Origin: Candidatus Diapherotrites archaeon CG08_land_8_20_14_0_20_30_16
Lineage (GTDB): Archaea > Iainarchaeota > Iainarchaeia > Iainarchaeales > 0-14-0-20-30-16
DNA: 64,000 bases
Assembly: GCA_002779075.1 (NCBI GenBank)
Contig: PEXK01000050.1
Span: 38,933 to 102,932, forward strand
Direction of reading: 5' to 3'
The position numbers were made by a program, and so were the translations under genes. The first letter of the stretch is position 1; each line of letters starts with the position of its first letter. Positions 45,935-55,389 of this stretch are shown here, in pieces. The notes under the pieces are model-generated. The model saw only the letters and a program-made list of their open reading frames with translations, did no database searches and was not told the DNA's origin.

Positions 45935-46084
45935 TCATATTCCTTTAAAATCACACTTAGGACATTGATAATTGATTTCCTGTTGCCTACATTTAGCACA
46001 TCTAACAATTTCAGCACCACATTTAGGGCACTTAAATTTCACATACTTATCACTATCTTTTTTACAACTAACACAAATAACCAT
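45935..46084 (-). CDS. Small Zn-ribbon protein (DUF1610-like), 49 aa, not in the ORF track
   Basis: The sequence is [49 protein letters not shown], with CxxC pairs. The RBS GAGGAGATATTT-ATG is identical to that of S19e. Confidence 0.5.
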   Translation of the reverse strand: MVICVSCKKDSDKYVKFKCPKCGAEIVRCAKCRQQEINYQCPKCDFKGI

Positions 46085-46112
46085 AAATATCTCCTCATAT
46101 TATTTGTGGTTC

Positions 46113-46152
46113 CTGTTGTAATTTCTTGATTTGTTTGAAAGAAATTATCAAT
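46113..46152. promoter_or_regulatory. Copy Y of the repeated palindromic promoter/leader element (CTGTTGTAATTTCTTGATTTGTTTGAAAGAAATTATCAATTG), about 33 nt upstream of the Zn-ribbon gene
   Basis: It is about 80 percent identical over ~60 nt to copy X, and the similarity extends through ...GAACCATAAATTCAC. Confidence 0.45.
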
Positions 46153-46258
46153 TGAACCATAAATTCACCTTTATTAAAAACTAGCAATAATATTAGTAAT
46201 TTTATTATATATTAAGGGTTACTAAGGTTTTTATACCTTTCTAGGACTAATTGTTATT

Positions 46259-46331
46259 GGGGCTATGAGGTAATTGGATAACCTGGCGGGCTTCGGACCC
46301 GCTCATCTGGATTCGAGTTCCAGTAGCCCTA
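46259..46331 (+). tRNA. tRNA-Arg (anticodon UCG)
   Basis: The acceptor stem is GGGGCTA/TAGCCCT (G1-U72). The D arm is AGGT-AATTGGATA-ACCT. The anticodon stem is GCGGG/CCCGC and the loop is CTTCGGA. The T arm is CTGGA-TTCGAGT-TCCAG, with A53-U61 in place of G-C. Confidence 0.65.
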
Positions 46332-46411
46332 TCACCAGGGGTTTCGCAAAGAAAGCGTAGTGCTATAAATAGCACAATAATTTTATTATATTATTTTGAA
46401 AAGGGAAATAA

Positions 46412-47068
46412 ATGGAAACAGATAAACAAAAAACATTAAAGGACTTTTTTGAGCTAATTGAAAAACCGACATGGCAAATTGTTTTACATAATATGTTACA
46501 AAGATACGGCGTGCAAGTTTGGGATATTGATGTTTCTCTGCTTTTAGAAAAACTTCTTGAAGATGCGTATAAAAAAGAAAATCTAAAACATGCATCACTT
46601 ATTGTTTTAATCTGCAGTATTTTATTAAAATCAAAATCAAGAAGAATTGGATTGCATGAACTTGGACAAAATATAAAAGAAGATTTAAAAGAATTAGAAG
46701 AATCAAAAGAAACTGATGAGCTGGAAACAATAATGCAAGATCCTAATATATTGGAAAGATACAACGATCTTTTGGAATTAGAACAAAAATTAATGCGATT
46801 ATTTTATAGAAAAGAAAAAACAGTTACTGAGAAAACAATAAAAGAGTTTCAATATGCTGTTAGAATAGAGAGCTATTTTCAATTAAAAAATAAATTGTTG
46901 AGCTTTTTTGCGGAAAATTCAGAGGTTACTTTTTCTGATTTGAAAACTAAAATACAAACAAATAATTCTTTGTTAATGGGTTTGCTTTTATTGAATGCAG
47001 AAAACAAAATTCAATTAAAACAAAAAAAGCCATATGACGAAATAGTAATTAAAAAAATAGAAATTTAG
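46412..47068 (+). CDS. scpA: Segregation and condensation protein A (ScpA kleisin)-like
   Basis: The N-terminus VQVWDIDVSLLLEKLLEDAYKKENLKHASLIVLICSILLKSKS resembles archaeal ScpA (DPWDIDI...LLRLKS). The C-terminus is winged-helix-like. Confidence 0.5.
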   Translation: METDKQKTLKDFFELIEKPTWQIVLHNMLQRYGVQVWDIDVSLLLEKLLEDAYKKENLKHASLIVLICSILLKSKSRRIGLHELGQNIKEDLKELEESKETDELETIMQDPNILERYNDLLELEQKLMRLFYRKEKTVTEKTIKEFQYAVRIESYFQLKNKLLSFFAENSEVTFSDLKTKIQTNNSLLMGLLLLNAENKIQLKQKKPYDEIVIKKIEI

Positions 47069-47090
47069 ATTTTTCTTTCTTTTTTGGTGA

Positions 47091-47164
47091 TGACCTCTGT
47101 GGGATTCGAACCCACGACACTCGGGTTAAAAGCCCGATGCTCTACCAGGCTGAGCTAAGAGGCC
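47091..47164 (-). tRNA. tRNA-Lys (anticodon UUU)
   Basis: The reverse complement is GGCCTCT-TA-GCTC-AGCCTGGTA-GAGC-A-TCGGG-CTTTTAA-CCCGA-GTGTC-GTGGG-TTCGAAT-CCCAC-AGAGGTC-A. All stems pair. Confidence 0.85.
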
Positions 47165-47256
47165 ACACAAAAAGGTTTTAAAAAATAAGTAAACACTTAT
47201 TATATACTATTTATATATTTAGTAAGAGAAAACCTTTATAAACCTAGTGTGATGAT

Positions 47257-48186
47257 ATGTTTTTGCCACCTACATTCTTATCGAAAATGGAAAAACTACT
47301 TCCAAAAGACGAAATTGAAGATTTAAAAACAGCTATTGACACCCATTTGAGAAAAAGCATTAGAGTAAATACTTTAAGAGGAGAAATAAAAGAAGTAAAG
47401 GAATCTCTAATTAATCAAGGTTTCACTTTAGAGAATATGCCTTGGTACAAATATGGTTTTTTTATATCTAATGACAAAAAACTGAGAATTGGAAACACTT
47501 TTGAACACTATTTAGGAAAAATCTACGTACAAGAAGCAAGTTCGATGTTGCCTGTAATTGCTTTAGATCCAAAAGAGGATGATTTTATTTTAGATTTAGC
47601 AGCAGCACCAGGTTCAAAAACAACGCAATTAGCAATGCATATGAATAATACGGGATTAATAGTTGCAAACGAACCACAAATCCAAAGAATAAGCGCATTA
47701 CAAGAAAATATAGATAGGTCTGGATGTATAAATTATATTATAACTAGAAACGATGGAAGAAAATTTTCACAATTCAAAGATATGTTTGATAAGGTACTTT
47801 TAGATGCTCCATGTTCTGGAGAAGGCACTTTTCAAAAAGATATTAAAGCAAGATATATTTGGTCGCAAAATAAAGTAATACAAGATTCAAGATTGCAAAA
47901 ACAATTAATTGAAAGTGCAATAATTGCCTGTAAACCTGGCGGCACAATAATTTATTCTACCTGTACTTTATCCCCTGAAGAAGATGAAGAAATAATAGAT
48001 TATGCATTAAATAAATACAACAATATAAAATTAGGAAAAATAACTTTTGACGGATTACAAACAAGTTCAGGAAACATAGAATATAATGGAAAAGAATATA
48101 ATAAAGAAATTAAAAAAGTGATTAAAGTATGGCCTCACAAAGCAAAGATAGAAGGGTTTTTCATAGCCAAGATTATCAAGAAATAA
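47257..48186 (+). CDS. NOL1/NOP2/Sun-family RNA cytosine-C5 methyltransferase (catalytic domain)
   Basis: The motifs are DLAAAPGSKTTQLA, LLDAPCSGEGTFQKD and TCTLSPEEDEE. The C-terminus ends VWPHKAKIEGFFIAKIIKK. Confidence 0.8.
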   Translation: MFLPPTFLSKMEKLLPKDEIEDLKTAIDTHLRKSIRVNTLRGEIKEVKESLINQGFTLENMPWYKYGFFISNDKKLRIGNTFEHYLGKIYVQEASSMLPVIALDPKEDDFILDLAAAPGSKTTQLAMHMNNTGLIVANEPQIQRISALQENIDRSGCINYIITRNDGRKFSQFKDMFDKVLLDAPCSGEGTFQKDIKARYIWSQNKVIQDSRLQKQLIESAIIACKPGGTIIYSTCTLSPEEDEEIIDYALNKYNNIKLGKITFDGLQTSSGNIEYNGKEYNKEIKKVIKVWPHKAKIEGFFIAKIIKK

Positions 48187-48680
48187 AAGAATATGAAGAA
48201 CTCAACGGAAAACAAAAAAAGATTTTCATAAAATACTTATCAGAAGTTTACGGCATAGATCAAACCTTTATGTGCGAGTTTGTTTTTTTAAAAAGAGGCA
48301 AAGATATTTGGATAACTACAAAAGCTACAAAAAACATTCTTGGCTTTTCACGCTCTTTGAAAATAAATTCAATTGGCATGCGGGCAATAAGAAATGCTTT
48401 TGATGTCCCAAAAATAACAACGAATTTTGCAATTCTTTTAAATAACAAAATAACAAAAAATTATTACAACATAACTGAAAAAGAGTTAGAGAATTATACT
48501 CATGGTTATGACATCGATATAACTGATGGGCAAAAATACAAAAACTATTTAATATTAAAATACAATAATGATGTGTTTGGCGTAGGTGTAATAATAGAAA
48601 ATAAAATTAAAAATCAAATACCAAAAGGCAGAGTTCTTAAAAATTCTTTAACAGAAATAGAAGATGTTGATGACGATTAA
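48183..48680 (+). CDS. PUA-like C-terminal domain of the NSUN methyltransferase, in the -1 frame relative to the upstream catalytic domain (printed ORF 48129-48680)
   Basis: The ORF overlaps the upstream stop. GYDIDITDGQKYKNYLILKYNNDVFGVGVIIENKIKNQIPKGRVLKN is PUA-like. A -1 shift at AAG AAA TAA AAG would fuse the two ORFs. Confidence 0.45.
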   Translation: MKEYEELNGKQKKIFIKYLSEVYGIDQTFMCEFVFLKRGKDIWITTKATKNILGFSRSLKINSIGMRAIRNAFDVPKITTNFAILLNNKITKNYYNITEKELENYTHGYDIDITDGQKYKNYLILKYNNDVFGVGVIIENKIKNQIPKGRVLKNSLTEIEDVDDD

Positions 48681-48874
48681 GCATAATCTGCTTTCTTCAA
48701 GTTTCTTGCTTTTTTGCCACGAGATTCATCGGGATCAGGGTCAAAAGATACTTTGTCGCCAACATGAACACCAGCAACTTGCCTTGTATTTACTGAATAT
48801 TGAGAGCCATCCTCGCCTTCAACTAAAATATATTTTTTTCCAAGATTTCTTACTTTAACTATTCCTTCAGTCAT
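48677..48874 (-). CDS. Small OB-fold (TRAM/S1-like) nucleic-acid-binding protein
   Basis: The ORF is 65 aa. The sequence is GIVKVRNLGKKYILVEGEDGSQYSVNTRQVAGVHVGDKVSF. Confidence 0.3.
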   Translation of the reverse strand: MTEGIVKVRNLGKKYILVEGEDGSQYSVNTRQVAGVHVGDKVSFDPDPDESRGKKARNLKKADYA

Positions 48875-48975
48875 ATCTACACACTAGACAGTATCATTTT
48901 ATATATCAGAAATATTACAAAAACTATAGAAATAAAACAAAAGGGTTAATAAACTTATCCAAATATCAAATCAAT

Positions 48976-49485
48976 ATGCTAGAACCAAGCTATCAAGGAA
49001 TAATATACTTTGAAAACGATCCCAAAAAAAGATTAACAGGTAGAAAATTGGAAGCTGTGCTAAATTTGTTGCATACTGCATTTGAAGGTAGTAGAACAAG
49101 AGAAGAAATAATGCTTTGGATTAAAGGATCAAAAACAGGCACAAAAGATTTTCCTTATCCTATTACCAATTGTGAAGTTCTGATTATTGAAGATGTTGCA
49201 AACTCAAAAATTGCAGGCGCAATTATTACTGCAGATTATAGAGACGTAAGGTATATTCCATTATTAGCAACAAATCCAGAATATCAAAGAAGAGGAATTG
49301 CAAAAGTTATGGTAGAAGCAATAAAAGGGCTGCAAAGAGAAGGCGTTGAAATAAGAGTACACCATAGAGGCCATTTAAGAAAGTTCTACAAAAGCCTGGG
49401 TTTTAATGTTGAAAATACAGGTATAAAATACTCAAGAGGGAAACCAGAATCAATACATAGAGCAAGATGGATAAAACCAAAATAA
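48976..49485 (+). CDS. GNAT-family N-acetyltransferase
   Basis: The acetyl-CoA binding motif is YQRRGIAKVMVEAI. Confidence 0.65.
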   Translation: MLEPSYQGIIYFENDPKKRLTGRKLEAVLNLLHTAFEGSRTREEIMLWIKGSKTGTKDFPYPITNCEVLIIEDVANSKIAGAIITADYRDVRYIPLLATNPEYQRRGIAKVMVEAIKGLQREGVEIRVHHRGHLRKFYKSLGFNVENTGIKYSRGKPESIHRARWIKPK

Positions 49486-49535
49486 TTGCTTAATGTTACA
49501 CCCTAGCAACATATAAAATTTCCCTATCTAGTGTA

Positions 49536-50783
49536 CTAATCAATCAAATGATCTTCTTTAACGCTGGAAAAAAGTGTAAATATAATTGCCAAAAAGCCTA
49601 ATATAATTAACATAGGATACACCCAATTTTCAGAGAATATTCCAATTAAAGAAGTAATAAAACTCAAAAAGAAATTTTCAATCATCGAAATACTTGAAAG
49701 CAAAGTTGCACGCTTGTGCGATGGTATATGTTTGTTCATGTAATTAATCAACAAAGGCCTACGGCTAAAACCAAAAGCACAGCCAATTATCAAAGCAATA
49801 ATTAATATTGGCAAAGATTTGAAAAATGCCAACAAGAAAAACATAACTGCAACTATAATTCCTGAAATTGTTAAAAACGCTCTTTTTGATTTGAAAATAG
49901 ATTCAAAAATGTCAAATGAATTCATTAATATAATAGATAATACAACCCATCCAGCATAAACAAAACCTAGATATGAAATACTTAAATTATACTTTGACAA
50001 AATATCCAAATACAACCAAATCATAGGATAAACCAAAATGTAAAGGAAAATCAAATCAAAAGCCAAGGCCAACAGAATCTTATTTGCTTTAAACAATCTA
50101 AATTCGTATTTGAAATTGTGGAAATAATAACGCCAACCTATTGGCTCTTCAACTTTTGCTTCTTTCAAACTTATTGCAATTAAAAACGCAAAAACATATG
50201 GTATTGTCATTACCATCATAATCATTCTTGGTCCTAAAGAGTCAGCAAGTATTCCACCCAAAGGAGTAGCAATTAAAATGCCAAAATATGCAAAACTTTC
50301 CATTTTTGAAAACACTTTTACAGAGCGATGAGTATCTCCAATCTGTTTCAAAGAATCGTAAGCCAAAGCATCATCAGTACCAGAAAATAAAACAAATGAA
50401 ACAGCCCACAAGAACTCAGCAACCAAAAAAATATAAAAATTAGGATACAAAGAATAAACAAAAATAGCAACACAATTCAAAATTGTTGCTAAAATCAAAG
50501 TCTTTTTTCTGCCAAAAGAATCTGCAACAATTCCTGATGGAATCTCTAATAAAAAAATCCACAACATATACCAGGCTTGTGCAAACATCATATATTTGAA
50601 AGACAAACCTGCAAAGTCTTGATAAAAAGCCAAAAAAACTGGGCCAATCAAATAGAGATTAATAAAAAATCTAAACAAATAGAGTTTCCAGAAATTTGCA
50701 TATAACTTTACTTTATCTCTTGACAAATACGGCAAATGCATAACAGATATATGATAAGAAGATTTATATTTAATTCTAATCAA
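49536..50783 (-). CDS. MFS-type transporter
   Basis: There are about 12 predicted TM helices. The loop motif is GIVADSFGRKK (MFS motif A-like). Confidence 0.65.
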   Translation of the reverse strand: MIRIKYKSSYHISVMHLPYLSRDKVKLYANFWKLYLFRFFINLYLIGPVFLAFYQDFAGLSFKYMMFAQAWYMLWIFLLEIPSGIVADSFGRKKTLILATILNCVAIFVYSLYPNFYIFLVAEFLWAVSFVLFSGTDDALAYDSLKQIGDTHRSVKVFSKMESFAYFGILIATPLGGILADSLGPRMIMMVMTIPYVFAFLIAISLKEAKVEEPIGWRYYFHNFKYEFRLFKANKILLALAFDLIFLYILVYPMIWLYLDILSKYNLSISYLGFVYAGWVVLSIILMNSFDIFESIFKSKRAFLTISGIIVAVMFFLLAFFKSLPILIIALIIGCAFGFSRRPLLINYMNKHIPSHKRATLLSSISMIENFFLSFITSLIGIFSENWVYPMLIILGFLAIIFTLFSSVKEDHLID

Positions 50784-50803
50784 TTAAATGATGTTCTTCA
50801 ATA

Positions 50804-52600
50804 TCACATCTTGCTTACAAATTCAGAGAATTTCTTATTATCATATTTCAAAAGATTATAATCCGTAGGAAACAAGGATTTATATTTTGTCCAGCCAAAA
50901 CGCTTGTCTAAAAGCAAAACAAAGGCCTTGTCAGTCTCTGATCTTATACCTCTACCACAAGCTTGAACAACTTTCGCAACAGTAGGGTATAAATAAGCAT
51001 AATTCCAACCAACTTTATCTTGGGAATCATAAAATTTAATTAACGCTTCAATTTCATAATCAGGTTCAGGAAATGGAAACCCAACCATAATAATTCCAAT
51101 TAAATCATCCCCTGGATAATCTACGCCCTCAGAAAAAGATCCACCAACAACAGCAAATAAAACAGAACCAAATCCAACTTTATTTTTCTTAAAATTGTCA
51201 ATCAAACGTTTGGTTTCATTAGCAGTCATATTTTTTCCTTGAACAAAGATTTTCTTTATTGTATTTTCGGACATTCTCAAATAAATACTTTCTAAAACAT
51301 CATAACTTGGAAAAAAAACCGCAATATTGCCAGATACTTTATTTATTTTTTCTTTAATCAAATCCGCAATCAGAGGCAAACTCTCTGCTCTTTCCTCATA
51401 TTTTGTTGTTACATTGTCAAAATACATTGTTAATTTGTTTTCTTTAGGAAATGGACTCCCATATTGCCTAATATACGGGTTTGGTATTCCTAAAATATCG
51501 CTATACATCTGCATAGGACTGAATGTTGCAGACATTAATATGTTTCCAGAACTTTGCTGAAAAATAAGCCGTGACAAAAAACTAGGATCTAAGCCTTTAA
51601 TATATATTGTATCTTTTGTTTTGAATTTTGTTTTCACTTGTTTATCTGTTTGCCAAGACAAAATAAAATTTGCTATTCTGTGCAAGTTTGAGTTTTTCTT
51701 TTCATTCTCCAATATAAAACCGTCGGCACTCAATAAAGCAGTTAACACTTGTTCATCATAGAATAATTTGTCAAAATAATCATCGCTCAAAAAACCGTCC
51801 TTCTGCTTGACAAAAAGATATTCAAGAGTTTCAAGAAAATCCGTTAAATCAAATTCCTCTTTGGGACATTTTTCATATTCTTTGCGTGCAAAATTGATTT
51901 GCTTCAAACTTAAACTGTCAGATAAAATAGACCGTAACCTGTGTGGAAGATTATGTGCTTCATCAAAAACAAATACGCAATCATCCAAAGATATTCCTAT
52001 AATACCAAACAAAGCACTACGAATTTTATTAACAAAAATATGGTTTGCATCACAAACAATTACTTGTGCACTTTTTGCTAAAAGCAGACTAACAACATAT
52101 GGGCACAAATCAAAATCTAGACACATTTCTCTTAATTCTGAACTGTGCATTGCTGATTTATACTCTTTCAAAAACAAATCTATTGATTTATTTTTCTGTG
52201 TGGATTTGCCAGTTGCATTTAAATGCGGAAAGCAGGCTTGCTTTTTTATTTTTTTTTCACACAAATCATAAAATTCAGAACCTAAACCAGATAAAAAAGG
52301 ATCAATACAGAAATTACTTTTTGCAACTAAATCAACTACCCTCATATCGATATTGTATTTTTTATTGATATCTATTATTGCTTCAATAACTATTTTGTGT
52401 TGAGTATTCTTTGTTGTGACGAAAAATAGTTTCTTTTTGTTTTCTATACAAAAATCCAAAACGCTTGCTAATGCAGCATCTGTTTTTCCTAATCCGGTAG
52501 GTGCTTCAAACAAACCAGTTAATTTGTTTTTCAAAACGAAATTCATATCTTCAATTAAAGTGTCCTGATTTGGACGCATTTTTTCGTGTCTAAAAAACAT
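50804..52600 (-). CDS. xpd: XPD/Rad3-family 5'-3' DNA helicase with Fe-S domain
   Basis: The N-terminus is FRHEKMRPNQDTLIEDMNFVLKNKLTGLFEAPTGLGKT. The DEAH box is VFDEAHNL. The four-Cys cluster is (C..D...CEKK...C......C.Y). Confidence 0.85.
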   Translation of the reverse strand: MFFRHEKMRPNQDTLIEDMNFVLKNKLTGLFEAPTGLGKTDAALASVLDFCIENKKKLFFVTTKNTQHKIVIEAIIDINKKYNIDMRVVDLVAKSNFCIDPFLSGLGSEFYDLCEKKIKKQACFPHLNATGKSTQKNKSIDLFLKEYKSAMHSSELREMCLDFDLCPYVVSLLLAKSAQVIVCDANHIFVNKIRSALFGIIGISLDDCVFVFDEAHNLPHRLRSILSDSLSLKQINFARKEYEKCPKEEFDLTDFLETLEYLFVKQKDGFLSDDYFDKLFYDEQVLTALLSADGFILENEKKNSNLHRIANFILSWQTDKQVKTKFKTKDTIYIKGLDPSFLSRLIFQQSSGNILMSATFSPMQMYSDILGIPNPYIRQYGSPFPKENKLTMYFDNVTTKYEERAESLPLIADLIKEKINKVSGNIAVFFPSYDVLESIYLRMSENTIKKIFVQGKNMTANETKRLIDNFKKNKVGFGSVLFAVVGGSFSEGVDYPGDDLIGIIMVGFPFPEPDYEIEALIKFYDSQDKVGWNYAYLYPTVAKVVQACGRGIRSETDKAFVLLLDKRFGWTKYKSLFPTDYNLLKYDNKKFSEFVSKM

Positions 52601-52604
52601 CCTC

Positions 52605-53504
52605 TCAACTCAAAATGATATTTGCTTCAATCAATGCACCAATTACCAAACAAACAATTGCTACACCCAAAATAATAGACAAATCCAAAATGAGCCTCAT
52701 AAAATTTCTTCTAACTTCAACATAGTGACCATGCAAAATAGCAGAAACAATACCCCCTACAACTGCAGCTAAAAAATAGGATAATAACTCAAAAACGCCG
52801 TGTGGTAACAAGCCTAAACCTGCAATATATCCTTGAACTATCGCCAAAACATGTCCATAAGCACCTTGTCCAATATAATTTGGAACTTCAGACAAGATTT
52901 TTGTTCCAACAACTGTTCCAAAAACAGATGCCTGATAAACAATAATAAAGAGTGCACCAACACCATACAAAAAAGAAAACAAAAGAATTGCAAACATCAC
53001 CCCCAAATTGTTTAAAAAGATATACAAAAACAAATCACTTGGAGACTCGACATACATGTTTCCTGTTATAAATAAAGAAGACCTCAAATTATCTACACCT
53101 TCTAGTGTTTTTACTTGTTCTTTGAAAACAACATCTCTATAATCTTGAGGCAAAAAGATATATAATGTTGTAAAGACGATAACTAAAACAACAAATATTT
53201 TTACATAAATTTCAATAACAAATAAATATCTGCGAAAAAAACTAGTTTCATGAGACAAAACTTCTTTTTCTGTATGAAAATATACATTGTTCAAAAAGTA
53301 CATGAAAGCAAAAGTAATAAATGCAATAGAAAGGATACTTGCACTCTCTTTAAAGAAAATTACTGAAACAGCAATAGAGATTACTGCAACTATTACAGTA
53401 TACAATAAGAAAAGTAAATGACTATTTAAAAGCGCTTTTGTCTTAAAGATACTTTCCAAAACCATAAATATATAAGCAAGAAGACTTATAAAACATTTGG
53501 CCAT
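52605..53504 (-). CDS. Polytopic membrane protein (SpoIIM/DUF95-like?)
   Basis: There are about six hydrophobic helices. Confidence 0.3.
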   Translation of the reverse strand: MAKCFISLLAYIFMVLESIFKTKALLNSHLLFLLYTVIVAVISIAVSVIFFKESASILSIAFITFAFMYFLNNVYFHTEKEVLSHETSFFRRYLFVIEIYVKIFVVLVIVFTTLYIFLPQDYRDVVFKEQVKTLEGVDNLRSSLFITGNMYVESPSDLFLYIFLNNLGVMFAILLFSFLYGVGALFIIVYQASVFGTVVGTKILSEVPNYIGQGAYGHVLAIVQGYIAGLGLLPHGVFELLSYFLAAVVGGIVSAILHGHYVEVRRNFMRLILDLSIILGVAIVCLVIGALIEANIILS

Positions 53505-53527
53505 ATTATATATAAATACTAATTAAA

Positions 53528-54034
53528 GTGATATTAATGGTGGATACAATGCAAAAAACTTTGGTATTATTAAAGCCGGACGCAATACAAAGAGGGGTGT
53601 GTGGCGAGATATTACACAGATTAGAAAGAGCAGGACTAAACATAGTTGGAATGAAAATGGTATGGATAACAAAAGAGTTTGGCGAAAAACATTATTTTGA
53701 TGTCAAAGAAAGGCACGGAGAAAAAGTTTTAGATATTTTAACAGAATCTTTATCCGAAGGCCCTTTAATAGCAATGGTTATTGAAGGTATTGAAGCAATT
53801 GCAACAGTTCGAAAACTGGCTGGTACAACATATCCTTTTGAAGCAGCACCAGGAACAATAAGAGGGGATTTTGCACACATATCAAAAACACATGCAAGAG
53901 AAAAAGACAAAGCAGTATGTAATTTAATACATGCTTCTGCAAGTGAAAAAGATGCAGAATATGAACTTAAACTTTGGTTTGAGCCAAAAGAATTACATAG
54001 TTATACTAAATTGGATGATAAATACACATTTTAA
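53528..54034 (+). CDS. ndk: Nucleoside diphosphate kinase
   Basis: The motifs are TLVLLKPDAIQRG, GPLIAMVIEG and NLIHASASEKDAEYE (NxxHxSD-like active site). Confidence 0.85.
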   Translation: MILMVDTMQKTLVLLKPDAIQRGVCGEILHRLERAGLNIVGMKMVWITKEFGEKHYFDVKERHGEKVLDILTESLSEGPLIAMVIEGIEAIATVRKLAGTTYPFEAAPGTIRGDFAHISKTHAREKDKAVCNLIHASASEKDAEYELKLWFEPKELHSYTKLDDKYTF

Positions 54035-54051
54035 ATAAAAAGTGAAATAAT

Positions 54052-55389
54052 ATGCTATTTGCTTACGGTATAGATAAGTTAAAATCAAAATTAAAAGATT
54101 GTGACTTTTACAGAATTATGTTAGAAGAAACTAATTCTGAAAGCGTTGTTGCAAAAGAAGGAAAAGTTGATGCAATATCAACTAATGAGAGTTTTGGTTT
54201 AGGAATATTCTACACTTTGGGGCGGTTTGGTTATTTTTATTCAACAAATAATCCAAATGATTTGGATAATTTCAAAATTGACCTCGCCTTAAAGAAATAC
54301 TCAAATTTGGATTATATTCCCAAAGAATCAGGAATAAAGGACAAGAAAATAATTGGCGAAAAATCAAATCTTGATTTAGAAACTATTGCAAAAGAACTAT
54401 CTAAAACAAGCAAACTGAGAAATCAAATAGTAACTCATGAAATCAAATATAATAATATAGAGCAAGAACGACAAATAATTTGTGAAAACACAGACATCAT
54501 CCAAAAACAATATTTTGGAATAGGCTTTAATTCCATTGTTGCCAAAGAAGGCAATATACTCAGAAAAGATGTAAACAGAATTGCAAAAAGTACAGCATTA
54601 AACAAATATTTTGATGAATTCATATTCAAAAATGATGGATTTGAAAATAAAACAATTGAAAAATTAAAATTCAATGAAGGAATAAAAGGCAAGTTTAATA
54701 TTATATTAGATCCTAGTATTTCTAGTTTATTAGCACATGAAGCAATTGGTCACGCCTGTGAATCTGATCTAGTGTATAACAAACAATCTATTTTAAGAAA
54801 CAAAATTGGAAAAACATTTGCTAAAGAATTTGTAAATCTGATTGATGACCCCACACCAAAAGATGATTTGTTTGGTTCTTATTATTATGATGCTGAAGGA
54901 TTTCCTGCAAAAATAAGACATTTAATTAAAGAAGGAAAATTAAATGAATATATTGCCAATACTAGATTTTCACAATTATTAAAAATTGAAAATAATGGAG
55001 GATCAAGAACAGAAAGTTATCGCAGCTTGCCAATTCCAAGAATGTCTAATACTAGTTTTTTACCAGGACAAAAAAACTTTTTAGAACTTATTGATGAATT
55101 AAAAAATGGTATTATATTAAATGGTTTTGCTGGCGGAGAAACAGACCCAACAACAGGAACATATCAATTTGGAGTAAAAGAAGGGCTGATAGTAAAAAAT
55201 GGACAAATAAATGAAACAAGAGTAAATATATCTTTTTCTGGACAAATATTGAAGTCATTAAAGAATATTGTGGACATTTCTAAAGATATAAAAATGGAAA
55301 GCCCTGGTTTTTGTGGCAAGGAAGGGCAAACTGTTTTTTGTGACAGTTTTGATCCTTATTTATTAATAAAAAATGTGAGGATTGATTAA
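54052..55389 (+). CDS. tldD: TldD/PmbA-family metalloprotease (TldD-like)
   Basis: The HEAIGH metal-binding motif (LLAHEAIGHACESD) and a Gly-rich C-terminus are present. Confidence 0.7.
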   Translation: MLFAYGIDKLKSKLKDCDFYRIMLEETNSESVVAKEGKVDAISTNESFGLGIFYTLGRFGYFYSTNNPNDLDNFKIDLALKKYSNLDYIPKESGIKDKKIIGEKSNLDLETIAKELSKTSKLRNQIVTHEIKYNNIEQERQIICENTDIIQKQYFGIGFNSIVAKEGNILRKDVNRIAKSTALNKYFDEFIFKNDGFENKTIEKLKFNEGIKGKFNIILDPSISSLLAHEAIGHACESDLVYNKQSILRNKIGKTFAKEFVNLIDDPTPKDDLFGSYYYDAEGFPAKIRHLIKEGKLNEYIANTRFSQLLKIENNGGSRTESYRSLPIPRMSNTSFLPGQKNFLELIDELKNGIILNGFAGGETDPTTGTYQFGVKEGLIVKNGQINETRVNISFSGQILKSLKNIVDISKDIKMESPGFCGKEGQTVFCDSFDPYLLIKNVRID

